From Gnetum montanum (lineage: Eukaryota > Plantae > Gnetophyta), in NCBI GenBank assembly GCA_015680685.1, contig MNCI01000268.1, positions 28,424 through 92,423 of the forward strand: 64,000 bases of DNA, in the 5' to 3' direction. Below, one piece after another: positions 37,790-51,189 of the stretch. The notes under the pieces were generated by a model that did not search any database, was not told the DNA's origin, and saw only the letters and a program-made list of their open reading frames with translations. Both the position numbers and the translations under genes were made by a program. Every line of letters starts with the position of its first letter. Position 1 is the first letter of the stretch.

Positions 37790-40700
37790 TTAAACATCAG
37801 GGGCAAGAGGATTGTCCCCTTTAGACCCGCTAGCACCATGAGCCCCCACTGCACTAGGGCTAGCTTCCTGAACATCATCGTCGTCTTGATCCTATAAAAT
37901 GCAAAAGAAACAATCAACATAAGGATAAAAGAGAAAACCTTCAAACATTATTCAGCGAACGAATTTCATGATAACAAAACGCTTACTGTAGGGGATCCCC
38001 CTAAACCAAATTCCAGTCGACGGAGGATTTCCTCTTCTGAGACGCTCGCCCAATCGGTGTCATCAAGGCCTAGGTCGAAATCTGCCAAGGCCTTCCCCTT
38101 GTCAACCACCGACCATGTAGGATGCTTTAAAGGGAATTCACCCACAAACACCTCCCTAGAAGCTGTCGTAATTACCCTTATAGGCGATTCCATCTCAAAA
38201 GTTGTGTTCTGAGAAAAGGTATCAAACGCAGAGCGTAGACCTAGACCCTCCACAAACATCTCAAGCTGACGCTTTTCAATGGATACTTCCTTCAACGATT
38301 TCTTATAATGATGTTTGTGGTTCTTTTCATCCTGACCCCATTTGTGTACCTTAGAAGCGAAAGCTTTCCAATCCTGGCACTTGAGGTTTAGTAGATCTAC
38401 TTGGGCCTTACACTCTGCTAGTTTCCGGGTCAGTGATGCGTGGCGATTGAGTAGGTTCCAGTATCTAGTATATGTGACCTTGAAAGTTCGCCAAGAACGA
38501 TCACCACTTAGTTTAGCAAAGGCGAACTCATACCGAGCCTTCACATCATCACGCTCAACTGACAACTCGAAAACTTCTTTCTCGTTTGCTTGAACTTGCA
38601 ACCACAACTGTTCGATGGAACACCTACAAGTCCAAAGCGATTTGGCGTTGTGTACAAGACCCTCCGCCACCTCGTCATAAACTGGCCTTAGTATTTGCTC
38701 GACTTCTGGGGGTAGTGTGGGCAAACTCTCGATGCTAACAGTCTCAGAAGGATCCCACCTCAGTTTGGCACCTATGCACATGAAAAGAACAAACGCTAAA
38801 ATGACAAAACCGGGTGTAAAACTATAAAGCTGTAAAAAAACTCGAAACATCTGTACCTATCTCAGGGTGGGCTTCCTGAATACATTCAACAACCTCCTCA
38901 GCAATACCAGCCACAAAATCCATCTTACTTGGCATTTCAGTCCAAGTAAATGGTCCACGAGTACGAGACAGACTAACCTCCACGGTCCTTTTAGGGGGAG
39001 CCGTTTTCATATGCACGTCCAGTCGCATCGTTCTGGTTTCACTACCTTCGTCTGGGAGGGATGAAAACACAAAAGTCAAAAACCATGGAAACAATGACTC
39101 ACAAGGAAACACAATAAAGAGAAATATACCATGTTATCAGTCCCCTTCTGGGTTTGGAGGTTCGCCTAAGTCCAGTCTCCCCTTAAGGAAGCTGCTAAAC
39201 ATTTCATCGACACCACTTTGGTCATCCACTAGTTTAGTCTCTGTGGTGTCTTCCCGTAGCTCCTCCGTCTCTCCTGCCTGATCCTTGCTGATCCCTTCCT
39301 CCTCAGTCATTAACTCTGTCGTAGCTTCCTCCTCTTCAATGATAGTCTCTAATTCCTGCCTCCTCACTTCTCGAGTTAAGTTTGAAGGCATCAGTGGGAT
39401 GTGAGTGGTCAAAATAAAAATTATGAATAAGACGAAAAGGACAATGCAATAAGTGCGCTAAGTTTACTTACCTCAGACAGGCATCTTGAACCGTATGCGC
39501 TTCACCTGTGGCTCGTCCACATTTGAGGCCTCCTCGATTGAACGTTCACACTTCGTCAACTTTGACTTGGCCTTACCGATGGTCTCTTTGATGACCAATT
39601 CTGCTCTCTTTGCAGTGTAGGGCACATCATCTGGTTCCAACCCTACATTGTCACGTGTATGGATGGAGGTACCAGATGACCCCCTTGTCATGATGGATAC
39701 GGATTCATCAATCCCCTCAGGCGCGTCTTGGGACTCAGCTGTTTCAAACAAATGGTTGATCCACGGGCGAGATAATAGACCACGATCCAGTAAAACATAC
39801 TTATTGTCTGCACGAACCACTAGAAACTCGGCCAAACGGCGAAGATAGCCGGCAAAGAATGCAAATGTAAAGTGGGACTATGCCTCTACATTTGAGCGCA
39901 ATCGCACTATCTCCTTATGAAGGCCCAACAACAAAAATTGGGCCCAGTTATAACGCATTCTGGTTTCTAAGACGGTTTGCATAATATGCACAGCTTCAAC
40001 ACCAAGGCTCCGCACCTAGGAAAGGGATTTAGGGAATACCCGTGCCCTAAACAGGGGATATAGTTCATTAACTTCCTCAACCTTTGACTTCCCCTGCATA
40101 GGGAATCCCTTAGCACCCTTGGTAACGCCCAACTAGTCCTCTAGCTCACGTATCATATGAAGCTCTTTCTGAGCCCTATCCAAAACTACATCTACGCCAT
40201 CCGCCGGTACACCAAACAGGTTCGAAAATAATTCGGCCGACAGATGGAAGACTATTTTAACACCCTTAATCCGGGTGCTGTAGTAAGAGACGGATTTGTC
40301 GAATGAATCAACAATTTCTGTCATTTCGGCTATCGACACATTAGGGCTCGGGGTTGTAAAGAGCTCCATAAGGTTGGCATCATCTAAACAACAAACAATG
40401 GACGGTGGGGCATGGGTGCCCAACCATTTCTATGCCTTACCAATCTCCTCGAACTTCATCGAGAGGGTACTCTCAGTTCGTCCTGTTGCAACAGGGTCTC
40501 CGCCAGGAGGGACATCAACTGCAGATACAATTTGAAACCATCACATCAGTATAACCCCCAGCAGTCAAATAAACAAACTAAGGTATGTAGAAAATGTTGT
40601 CACTTACCTTCAATAGTGGACTTAGAGGTGCTACCCAAGTCAGAGTCATGAGGAAAAATTGATCCCTTATGCGACCAATCTCCATGCAACCACCCACGAG

Positions 40701-42361
40701 CTATGCATTGTGCGAATGCTCTAGAAAATCGTTTATGAAAATGGACAATATCACCCTTGGTTTGAGCTAACACAACTCCGCGAAGGGTGGGACCTACCAT
40801 AAAGGTTTCTAGAGCAGTATGAGCGAGGGCAAGCCCATCATCATTAACGCATGTGCCATCTTGGGTAACTTGGGGCCTGCAAAAGAATGGTCATCAAAAC
40901 AGGGGAAAACGCTAAACAACAATAAAAAGAGAGAGAGAAATGACAAACCAAACGATCTTACCTCTCTACCTGGTATACTGTGCCAAGAGGGTTCTGAAAT
41001 AACATGTGTTCACGTGCAGCCAGAAATAGGGTGTTATTGAGATAATCACGCCCTCGTGGCAACAGTTCCCACACACGTGCTAATGGGCGAGTAGACTTGG
41101 GCCCGCCAGAGGGACTGTCCTTGATCACAAGCAGCCCCTCATCAATGTCTTTCATGAAGACCGCGACACCCTCCGAAGCTCCTGGCAACATAGCCTCAAG
41201 TACGCTTCGTGCCACTGTTCGCTCAGATGCGACTAGAGAACCACCTTAAATCTGTCCAAGATAAAGGTGAGGAATTCACACGCCCCTTCCCTGAACCAGA
41301 CCCCATTGTTATCAACGGTTAGATTAGGGGTAGGTTCATTGGCCTCAAGGGGCCCAAACCATGCCAGTACCCCAACTAGCTCAACTACCAGGAGAAAAGG
41401 TTCAGTATCCCTGCAAGCAACCAAAATGCCACGATAAATCAGCCATACATGAAAAGGAGATGAAACAACAAAATTGCATGTTGTAGGCCAACACTTAGAG
41501 AAATTACAAACTGTTTTTGATCAGCGTATACGCTATTCAACAAACTGTTCACGCTCAGCGTATACACTGTAAAAATTGTCAGCGTATACGCTATGAAAAC
41601 CGTATACGCTGTGTAAAAAATTTACGCTATACGCTATGCAAACAGTCAGCATATACGCTGTGTAAACCATCAGCGTATACCATGTGCAAACAGTTTATGC
41701 TATACGCTATGCAAAAAGTCAGCGTATACGCTATGCAAATAGCTTACGCTGAACACTGTGCAAATAGTTTACACTGTGTGAAAACAGTTTAATCGTTTAC
41801 GCTATGAAAATAGGTCTACGCTATACCCCGCCTAAAAAAATAAACTTTTTACGCTCAGCGTATACGCTGTGAAAATCATTGGTGTATACGCCATGGAAAC
41901 CATCAGTGTATACGCTATGAAAATTGTCTACGCTTCATACTGATAAAATCATTTACGCTATGTACTGGTTAAATTGTTTACGCCATGCACTAACAAAACA
42001 GTTTACACTATATGCAGTCAAAACCATCTACGTTGTACGCTATAGAGACCCTCTACGCTGCGAACTTACGCTCAGCATACAAGCCCTCTACGCTAACTAT
42101 TTACGTTGGGCGTATACGCCGAAACCCTCTACGCTAACGAGACTATCTACGCTACGAAAATTGTATACGCCAAATAACATGTACAGGTGAAAATAACTAA
42201 CAGAGGTAGGATTAGAGCCTACCTGTGTGACGATCTAGGCCACGATGGAACCCTCGGCCTGGGTAGACACTGCAGCATGGCCTCGCTCTCCTCTGCGAAA
42301 GTCAGATCAGGCCCCTTCCTCCCTTGGCTTTCTACCTCCTTACCCTTGCCTATTTCGGCAT
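37790..42361 (-). pseudogene. Element B antisense multi-exon accessory gene, homologous to the element A copy; exons include 42361-42223, 41410-40962, 40876-40608, 40518-~39472 and last exon 37891-37790
   Basis: Splice sites fall at the same peptide positions and phases as in A. ORF-track fragments 42219-42413, 41233-41424, 40958-41215, 40600-40800, 40133-40423, 39473-39835 and 37966-38850 tile it. A few stops and frameshifts are present. Confidence 0.8.
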
Positions 42362-42590
42362 CCTCTACGTTGCAATTGATAGGGTTTACGCGGAGGTTTG
42401 AACCGCACACCAAATTGAAACCTGTAAGCTGAGTAGGAGCCTATACGCTCACGCTGAAGTCTTAAGCCTCTACGCTCCTACGCTTATGTTGGGGTTTGAG
42501 GTTTACGCTTATGCTTACGCTCAGTGTTTACGCTTACGCTAAGGGTTTACGCTTACGCTCGATGTTTACGCTTACGCTGACGCTTCGGAT
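41500..42590. repeat. Dense TACGC(T)/GCGTATACGC low-complexity repeats in intron 1 and the upstream region of the B antisense gene
   Basis: Dozens of TACGCT, CAGCGTATACGCT and TTACGCTTACGCT units. Confidence 0.85.
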
Positions 42591-42626
42591 CACTTCAAAT
42601 GCACAATGCTCACAAATGACACCCTT

Positions 42627-42642
42627 GCGCTATATATAGCGC
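42627..42642. promoter_or_regulatory. Palindromic TATA-like element (candidate promoter of the antisense gene)
   Basis: Perfect palindrome GCGCTATATATAGCGC, about 270 bp upstream of the antisense ATG and about 500 bp upstream of pol. Confidence 0.4.
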
Positions 42643-42871
42643 TGAGCCACACCGTCGCCGCTGCCACCGCCGCCTTGCATTTTTGTTTCTTTTTTATTTA
42701 TTTATTACTCATTTTCATTAAATTTGTTCAAAAATACAAGAAAAATATATATATATAAAACCAAACAAATACTACCACATGCTGATTCCTTCGTAAACCA
42801 ATTTCAGAAGTCCACACTGTACATTTTGGTGCAAACTCTCCTGTGCAAATTTTATGGTGAACATTCGACCC

Positions 42872-43030
42872 AGCATGGCCTTAAACTACCATGGCGGCCT
42901 GGTAAGGCATTAAAATGCCACATACAAACCCCCTTCGGCCCGGTAAGGCCTTAAACTGCCACCTGCAGATCACATTCAACCTGGTATGGCCTTAAACTAC
43001 CATGGCGGCCCGGTAAGGCCTTAAACTGCC
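42872..43030 (+). repeat. Hairpin-AAACT motif array upstream of element B pol
   Basis: GGCC-CGGTAA-GGCC-TT-AAACT occurs twice, plus three variants. Confidence 0.8.
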
Positions 43031-43141
43031 ATGCGTCCCAGTGTGACGATAAACCACCATCATACATGTACACACGATTTAAGTTGCCAGAGAACATCGA
43101 ACAATACCTATTAGCTCATTCTGCTCTTTGTTTATTGGCAG

Positions 43142-46100
43142 GAGCAAGCTCGATGGATTGTCAGCGTTTATCTGCACCGTTAATCATCGATGGACCATAT
43201 GGAAAAATCATAAGAGAAATCGACATAAACTCCATCAGCTTAGATACATCAACAGAAAACACACTCATAGCCTCGATGCAACAAATGCTAGATAATTACA
43301 AAGGTATGACAAAACCCCTTGACATAGAAGCTGAAAACATCACTGAAGACCCGTTGACTGAAACCCCCATCGTTATGCCTGATGGTGAAACCAAAATATT
43401 AAAATTAAGTACACTATTGTAGCCTCCATTGGCCAAATACATAGAAGGTGTGCTTCAAAACAACATGAATGCATTCGCTTGGTCTTACATCGACATGCTC
43501 GGGCTAGATCCTCGAATCATCCAGCACAACATTATCCTCGATCCAAAATTGAGACCAGTAAAAAAAAAGGCACGAAAGGTTAAACCTGAGGTAGCATTTG
43601 CAGTTCGCAATGAAATCACCAAACTTTATCAGGCTGTTGATTACGCCAATTGGGTTTCCAACATGGTAATTGTCCCGAAAAAGAATGAAAGTATTCGCTT
43701 ATGCATTGACTTCCGGGATCTCAACGTTGCGACCATAAAAGATGATTTTTCCCTACCCAGCATCGATCAACTTGTTGACTCAACTACTGGGCACGCCTTG
43801 TTATCTTTTATGGATGGCTTCTCAGGATACAACCAGATACGCATTAACCCAGAGCATTAGCTTCGGACTACCTTTATGAGACCATGGGGAACCTTTTGTT
43901 ACACAATGATGCCCTTCGGTCTCAAGAACGTTGTGGCCACATATCAAAGGGCCATGACATTCATTTTTAACGATTACATGCTGCACTCACTCAATGACTA
44001 TGTCGATGATATCATGGTTAAATCGAAGACATCACAACAACACGTACAAGACCTTGACTTAGTGCTAAAACGTTGTTTAAAATATGAGTTGAGACTTAAC
44101 CCAAAGAAATGTGTCTTCGGAGTCAAAACAGGAAAAATTCTTGGATTCATAGCCTCAGAAGCAGGGATACGAGTAGACCCCGATAAAGTTAAGGCCATAA
44201 CAAACTTAAAACCACCTAGCAACCTTACTGAACTCTGAGGTCTACAAAGTAGATTACAGTTTATCAGACGTTTCATAGAGAAACTAACAGACAAATTAAA
44301 ACCTATGAACCACTTGCTACGCAAAAACGTCCATTTTGAATGGACTCCACAGTGCCAAGAAGCATTTGACAATATTAAAGCAGCACTCGTCCAACTACCC
44401 ACGGTTTATCCACCTCAAAATGATAAGCCATTTTGCATCTACCTTGCCACTTCGGACTCGTCAATCACGTCTATGCTTTGCTAGAAACAAGATGATGGGA
44501 TCGAAGTCCCTGTATATTACTTAAGCCATGCATTAATAGCCCATGAGAAGAAGTATAACGAGGTGGAGAGGTCATGTATAGCTCTTACCTTTTCTTTGAA
44601 AAAATGGCGACATTACCTCTTCCATAACCAAGTTAACATAATCTGCAAGGATAATGTGCTCAAAGCCATCACGGGAAACATTTATGAGACAAGTCAAATA
44701 GCCCATTGGAAAGCCATGATAGCTGAGTTTGACTTATACTACATAGCACAATCATTAGTTAAGGGTCAAGCCATAGCAAATCAAATGACCGCGTCACCAA
44801 CACACGATCAAGCAATGATAGAGCTAGAATTCAGCAACGAAAATGTAAGTGCAATAGCCATAGTGCCCGATGACTACGAAGCCATTTTGAACTTTGATGG
44901 TGCATCCACCTCTCGAGGGGGAAGTGCTGCCATTGTCATCACCTATCCCTCCGAGGAGATCTGACCCTTTTCTTATCGTTTCAACTTTCACTGTACCAAC
45001 AATATAGCAGAGTACGAAGGTCTCCTTAGAGGTCTTACGGCAGCACTAGCTTTAGACATCACATGACTTGTGGTCAGGGGAGACTCACAACTAGTTTTAA
45101 ACCAAGTCACAGACATTTATGCATGCAAAGCGCCACATTTACAACCATACTATGACTTAGCCAAACATCTAATGAAACGATTCGAAAACATGGATGTGCA
45201 ACATGTCTCTAGAAATGATAATACCATCGCAGATGCACTAGCCACTCTAGTGTTAAAAATATCGCCTAACATGTTCCATACATTGCCAAGCTCTATAATC
45301 AGTTGTGCCAAACCAATAATCGATACTTTTGATACATTGCCAATTGCGTTCGTTAGTACAACACATGCGATAGAATGGTATGACGACATAAAAGAGTACC
45401 TTCTACGTGGTGAAACACCGCAACACTTAATGAATGCACAAAAGGACGCGGTACGAAAGCGTTCTAAGAAATACGCACTGGTAGGGGACACCTTGTGTCA
45501 TCGATCCTACGAAGGCATATTGCTAACATGCGTTAGTAGCGTTGATGCCCAAACCATTGTTAAGCAAGTACATGACGGACTATGCGGAGGACACATAACA
45601 CCTAAGGCAATGGCCACAAAGATAAGATGCTTAGGCTATTATTGGCCACACATGGAGTATGATTATCTTTCCAAGGCTAAAACATGCAATACCTATCAAA
45701 GACATAGTAATCTAATCCATGTCCCACCAAATGAGTTGCATACAGCGCAAATCACATGGTCCTTTCAAAAGTGGGGGTTGGACCTTATCGGACCAATAAT
45801 ACCCTCATCTTCTGCAGGGCATAGTTTCATCATAACCGCGACAAAGTATTTCACGAAGTGGGTAGAAGCTGTTCCCCTTCGAAAAACCACATCTAAACAC
45901 ATATTTAACTTCATCCTTGAAAACATCATGACCCGTTTTGGCATCCCCATGACCATCGTCAATGACAACGGGCCACAACTCAGCAGTGCCGAAACCAAAA
46001 CCTTTTGTGAAAGTCTGGGGATCAAAAACTCATTTTCATCCCCTTACTACCCTCAGAGCAATGGGCAAGTAGAGGCCACAAAAAAAACCATCATTACAAT

Positions 46101-46614
46101 ACTTAAAAGGATGCTTACCCAAAGCAAGAAAAAATGGCATGAGCAGTTGGTATACGCACTGTGGGCATATCGCACGACATGTTGGACTTCAACAGGTAAA
46201 ATGTCATATAGTCTTGTTTATGGTTCAGAAGCTGTTTTACCCTTGGAATTACAGGCACCATCTTTAAGGATCACACTCTCTGGACTCCTCGACGAAGGGC
46301 AAAACAATGACCTGCGCATCATTGACCTGGACTTGGTAAAGAAGGAATGCATGCGTGCACTCGATCAGATTGAATGGTACCAAAAGCGACAACGACAACG
46401 CCATCGGCACGACATTCATAAGCGTCCCATCAAGGAAGGCGACCTTGTACTTAAGGTCGTTCAGGAACACCCAGACAAATTCTCAGCCAATTGGGAAGGG
46501 CCCTACCTGGTCACCAAAGCATACGACAACGAAGCATTCAAGTTAGCTGATATGGAAGGGTGTGAGCTTACAAATCCTACCAATCACTTGTTCTTGAAAC
46601 CGTTCCATATTTGA
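43142..46614 (+). pseudogene. pol: Element B pol (RT, RNase H, additional archaeal-type RNase H, integrase), few stops
   Basis: RT: LSFMDGFSGYNQI, MPFGLKN, YVDD. aRH: LNFDGAS, CTNNIAEYEGL, VRGDSQLV, NTIADALA. Integrase: HDGLCGGH, WGLDLIGP, DNGPQL, YYPQSNGQVE, NWEGPY. Confidence 0.95.
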
Positions 46615-46635
46615 GTACAAGCTCAGGTACGTTTC

Positions 46636-46895
46636 AGTCCTGGCATCATGACTATAAACTGATACCACACAGTGTCCACAATGACAATAAACTAGCACCT
46701 GTCCGATACGACAGTAAACTGCCACAGTCCCACTCGCCAGAGTCCGCTAAGACTATAAACTGGTTTGCCTCTTCACGGTCCGCCAAGACTAGAGACTAGC
46801 AACGTACCATCCACCATGATGCTAAACGGGCAATGTCCAATGGGTTATGACATAAAACTAACCCATGATAGTCTGCTAAGACTATAAACTAGCAA
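46636..46895 (+). repeat. Hairpin-AAACT motif array downstream of element B pol
   Basis: CTGTC-CGATAC-GACAG-T-AAACT, ATAGTC-TGCTAA-GACTAT-AAACT, TGTC-CACAAT-GACA-AT-AAACT, CATC-CACCAT-GATG-CT-AAACG. Confidence 0.8.
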
Positions 46896-47922
46896 TTTCA
46901 TCTCTGGTTCCTTAATCAGTGGCTGTATTCAAACTTCATCAGAATCGCTGCATCACTTGCCAATCGGCTGATCCTAATGCCATTGCTGCTATTCATATAC
47001 GATGTCTGACATCTCATCCAGTGCCTTTGTTTCATCAGTAACAGTTTAAGTCTAAGCTTGCTTACTCACTCATGGTTTTCTCGTCTCCTTGGAGTTGTGT
47101 TTGCAGGATGACACTAAGAGGTATTCGCAGAAAAATGTACTTCGTCATAAGTAGCAAAGTGAGACGTTGTTTACAGCGCATGTGACAAGACTAAATCAAA
47201 CCATTCACTAGTACATCACCCATTTCATATCCTGCCTATTCCTCAACACCTTATACTTGGTTACATCCCGAACACATCCAGTACAGCCCGAAACATCAAA
47301 CATACCGTTACATATCGCACCACTCTTAAGCGGTTGCAACCCACAACATGGCATTATTTGAGCATGAGCAAAAAAAAAAGCGTTGTCCCTTCCCGCATAA
47401 AACACAAGACGGGATGACAGTTGTTTTGAAAGCAAATGTTCATATCTAAAACAATCAAGTGACATCCCGTTGCATGGCTTTGGCTCTCCGCCAACAGGCT
47501 CCCACTAAAACATTAAATAAGGGCCCTGTTCCTCCAAAGAATGCAATGCATCATCACGTGGCTTTGGTCTTGCCAACAAGTCCTCTCGGACACTAACCAA
47601 GAGTCTTGTTCCGCCAAAGGATGCACATCGCATGTCTTGATTCCGAGTCTGCTAAACAATGGCTATTAACAAGGATCAGCATGACCCGTACACACACCAG
47701 AGCATCCCCTTTACCATGCACTATCCCTTGGTCAGTTCCCAATCCCCACAATCTCCATTTCCCTATCCAGTTACAAATTTCACTTCCCCAATCCTAGGTA
47801 CTATTGAACATGGTGCGATGATGTCTAGCCAGGTGCCAACAGACAACATTTCTACCAAGTTATTTGTGGTGTTTTTCACTTCTTTGTCAATGCTTCTCGG
47901 GTCGATTCCTCCAAGAGTCAAC

Positions 47923-47935
47923 AAAGAGGGGCCAA
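47923..47935 (+). other. Element B polypurine tract
   Basis: AAAGAGGGGCCAA lies immediately before the 3' LTR. Confidence 0.85.
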
Positions 47936-49438
47936 TGAAACACCACAAAATTTCGATTAATACTTCTCCAACAAGAATCAAGCTAAGTCATGATGTTCCC
48001 CAGCATGGCTAAAGCTTGAAGGCCCCATAGATAGCTTCAAGAGAAGTCGAACTCAACAAGGAGCAGTTCCCTGGGACCGACTGATGACCACGACAACATC
48101 TGATATCAAACATTGCAACTTTGGAGCTCAAGGTACTTAGTTTTCACTAAGTATGCATTCTCGGCGTATACGCCCAGCGTATACGCCCAAAATCTACAGC
48201 GTATATGCCCAGCATAGACGCCCAACATATACGCCTCACATATACGCCCACCGTATACGCCCGACATGCAATCCCCAAAGACGACATAGAAACAGCATTT
48301 CAGAGCAAGGTTTGATACAAGGCATCAATTCACACAAACAGAGCATTCATCAAACGTTAACATCATGCATCCTAGAGTCTATATGCTAAGCATGTACATC
48401 CTGCACATCCAGCGTATACGTCTAGCAGACACAGCGTATACGCCCAGCATATACGCTCAGTAGACATAGCGTATACGCCTAACGTGTACGCTCAGCAGAC
48501 ACAGCGTATACACCCAGCAGACACAGCGTATATGCCCAGTAGGTACAAAGTGTCAAATCAAGGTCAACCAAGCTGAACACCTACAGGCAACATCTTCATG
48601 GCATCTGAATTCAAATCTGAAGGCCCAAAGACTTCTTTTGCTTTAATCAAGTCTATACACTGAGCATATACACCGAGGTCATACGTCCAACCTATATATG
48701 CTGGCGTACAGCAATATACGCTAGCGTATAGCCGTATACGCTGGCATACAGCACACTGAAAATTTGTAAATTTCATTCTTTTGCACCTGGTCAACACGCC
48801 ACGTGTCACCCAACCCGAGTCTAACATCTAAACCTGTATAAAAACCCCAATTTTGCATTAGAACGAGGTTGGAAATTTTGAACAAACCAGAGAGAGAGAA
48901 AAATAGAGACGCTAAGAACCAGAGCAGAGAACCTTGTACGCTGGACCTCAACCCTGTACGCTAAGCATACAGCCTCTATGTTGTGCCTACAGTTTGAACC
49001 AGCACACAGTCATCCCTGCATCCACCGAGGCTATTCGTCCGCCTTGTGTGAAAGCCACAACTACGTTAGACCGGTGCATTGTAATTCTCACTTTGCAATA
49101 ATATTGCTGCATTTGCTTCCTAAAGTCTATTATAGTTTTTCATTAATTGTTGTATGTTTACTATTTACGCCATCATACGTTTACGCTCTGTTTACACCAA
49201 TTACGCTATTTACGTTTCGTTTTACATCTGTTACGCCGTTCACATATAACCCAGCATATAGCACCTCGGTGTACGTTTGGGGAAATCCTTGCCTGATCTG
49301 CATGCGGACCACTCAAGGTACTCTGCCTTCGTCAATTCCAGCTTGCCCTCAAGTGAAGGTAGGGTCTTCTGTGCATGTCTGGAGATCTCCCGGTATCTGT
49401 TTCCTTCTAGCCGGAGACCGACGATTTCGGACAGTACA
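47936..49438 (+). repeat. Element B 3' LTR
   Basis: Direct repeat of 30752-32260, followed by TSD TAGAG. Confidence 0.95.
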
Positions 49439-49443
49439 TAGAG

Positions 49444-50963
49444 TATCTTGATAAGTCCTATAATTTTGACCTATCATTATACCTATTTGCTTATTTGTCT
49501 AGTTTTGCATTTTTATAGTATTCATAGGTGGATCTATAGTTAACTTCTAAAATAACTGGTGAACTATTTCTCTTTATGGTCAAGGTATCTCAACACTATT
49601 GACTTTAGCATGATCTAAATCTATTTGAGTGTTCATGCTAATTTTCAATAATGCATCACATTTTGCACAATGATATTAATGATTGTATTTCACTGTAGAA
49701 GGATGTGGGCATGCTATTGTAATTTTAGGCTGAGTTCCTATCCTTGAGTTTGAGTTGGAGTCTAATTTTAAAACTATATGTTTTTCTTTTGGATCTATTT
49801 GCTCTTGGTTTAGCTTCTTAAATTGTTTTGTTTTAGAAGATGATCCAAGTATTCTGCTAATGTCCATGGTGATTTCTAAATCTTTGAAGAATCTTTTTAT
49901 TGTTGATTCTAGGTCTTTTTCTTCAAAAGTTATTTTGGACTAAGATTTAGAGATCTAGAAAGATCTCTTGGTTGGTAATAGGTTAGCAAGATTTTTAACA
50001 AGAGGTAGGATCCTATTATGGCTAGTTTTGCCTTCTTCTAATAAATAGAAAGGGTCTTGTTCTAAAAACTTTGGGGTTTTCAGATAGACTTTGTAATACT
50101 TTTTTCCAAGATTGGATTTACACCTTTTTAGGAGAACATGATCATAGAATTCATCTATTGTATCATCTAATTAAGAATATAGTGTATGGATTGGTAGAAC
50201 TTTGGTATTAATCATAGATCCATATTCTATGTTCATTGTTCCGAGTGAAACAAACTGGTCACCAAAAAGCAAGAACATTTTTATGCTAACACTTTAAAAT
50301 AATTTAAAAACTAATCTAGTACATATTGTTGCATACACGCTACCTTGCTTCATATCTAATGGAATATAAGTAATAATCATTAAACTATAAAACAAATTTC
50401 TATCTCTTAGGGAAAGAGTAAAGTTGGGAAGGGTTATGACTAAGGCATCAAATTCAAGATGTCCTTTTGCTTGGGTGATGATAGCATCTTTGAATTTCTT
50501 AAATCTTAGATCTACCAAGGCGATCTTGTAAGGATTCTTGAGCCTATAGTTAAAGTGTGGATGGATATGTACATCTAGTTCAACAATATGAATATAATTA
50601 TACCCATCAGCGATCCATTTCCTAACTTCCCTCATAGAAAAAAGAGAGAGAGCTATCAATCATAGTTCTGAGCCACTAATCTCTAATTTGCATTTAGAAA
50701 AATACATTAAAGAGATTGTTTTTAATGAAGTTAGCTTACGCATCAGATATATCTCACGTTGTCAAGGTATTAGAGGTAATTTTAAACATGAAAAAGTACT
50801 ACAAAATTTAGATAAATGATGTGTAAAAGAGATAGAAGAACTTGGAAGAGGTCTGTGATCATGTGCCATTTTTGTTGCTTTGCTAAAATGATATACCGCA
50901 ACTAATTATGCAACTTACTCTCGCCTATTCGTCAACCTTCATTGTGCACCGTACGTTCTTCTG
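49444..50963 (-). mobile_element. Endogenous caulimovirid, 5' part: 30K movement protein and following linker
   Basis: ORF 50294-50659(-) reads GYNYIHIVELDVHI...IALVDLRF..FKDAII...PNFTLSLRD, the 30K MP core with the D motif. Candidate ATG at 50869. It joins 26964-30751 once element B and one TSD copy are removed. Confidence 0.88.
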
Positions 50964-51183
50964 ATCCATGGATTACGATTGGGCTATTCATGAACACTCA
51001 TATCTCATATGGTTGGATGTTGGATTACTCCACCACTCATCATTAATGCCATTATTGGGACAAGTCAATGTATGCTTAGCAATTGATTTCACGTAGTTCG
51101 TTGTACTTGAAACACAAAGTCAAACTTTATAACTCTTAGAAAATCACACTAAAATAAATGTCTAAAAAATATATAACATGGCT
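50964..51183 (+). repeat. Right part of the interrupted Athila-like LTR copy (LTR end, decayed PBS, start of leader)
   Basis: Collinear with 51861-52083. The LTR end ...CTCATCA is at 51042. Confidence 0.85.
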
Positions 51184-51189
51184 CTTATA

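Larger units (their letters stand above)
30752..49438 (+). mobile_element. Element B: full-length degenerate Ty3/Gypsy Tat-type LTR retrotransposon (gag-PR, antisense gene, RT-RH-aRH-INT), inserted in the caulimovirid
   Basis: LTRs TGAAACACC...CAGTACA, TSD TAGAG at 30747-30751 and 49439-49443, PBS, PPT, and all pol domains. Confidence 0.97.

Noticed and set aside
37150-43140. Independent nested DNA transposon explaining the PR-RT interval
   Set aside because: I saw no TIRs, TSD or transposase catalytic motifs, and the same gene sits at the same position in the divergent element A.
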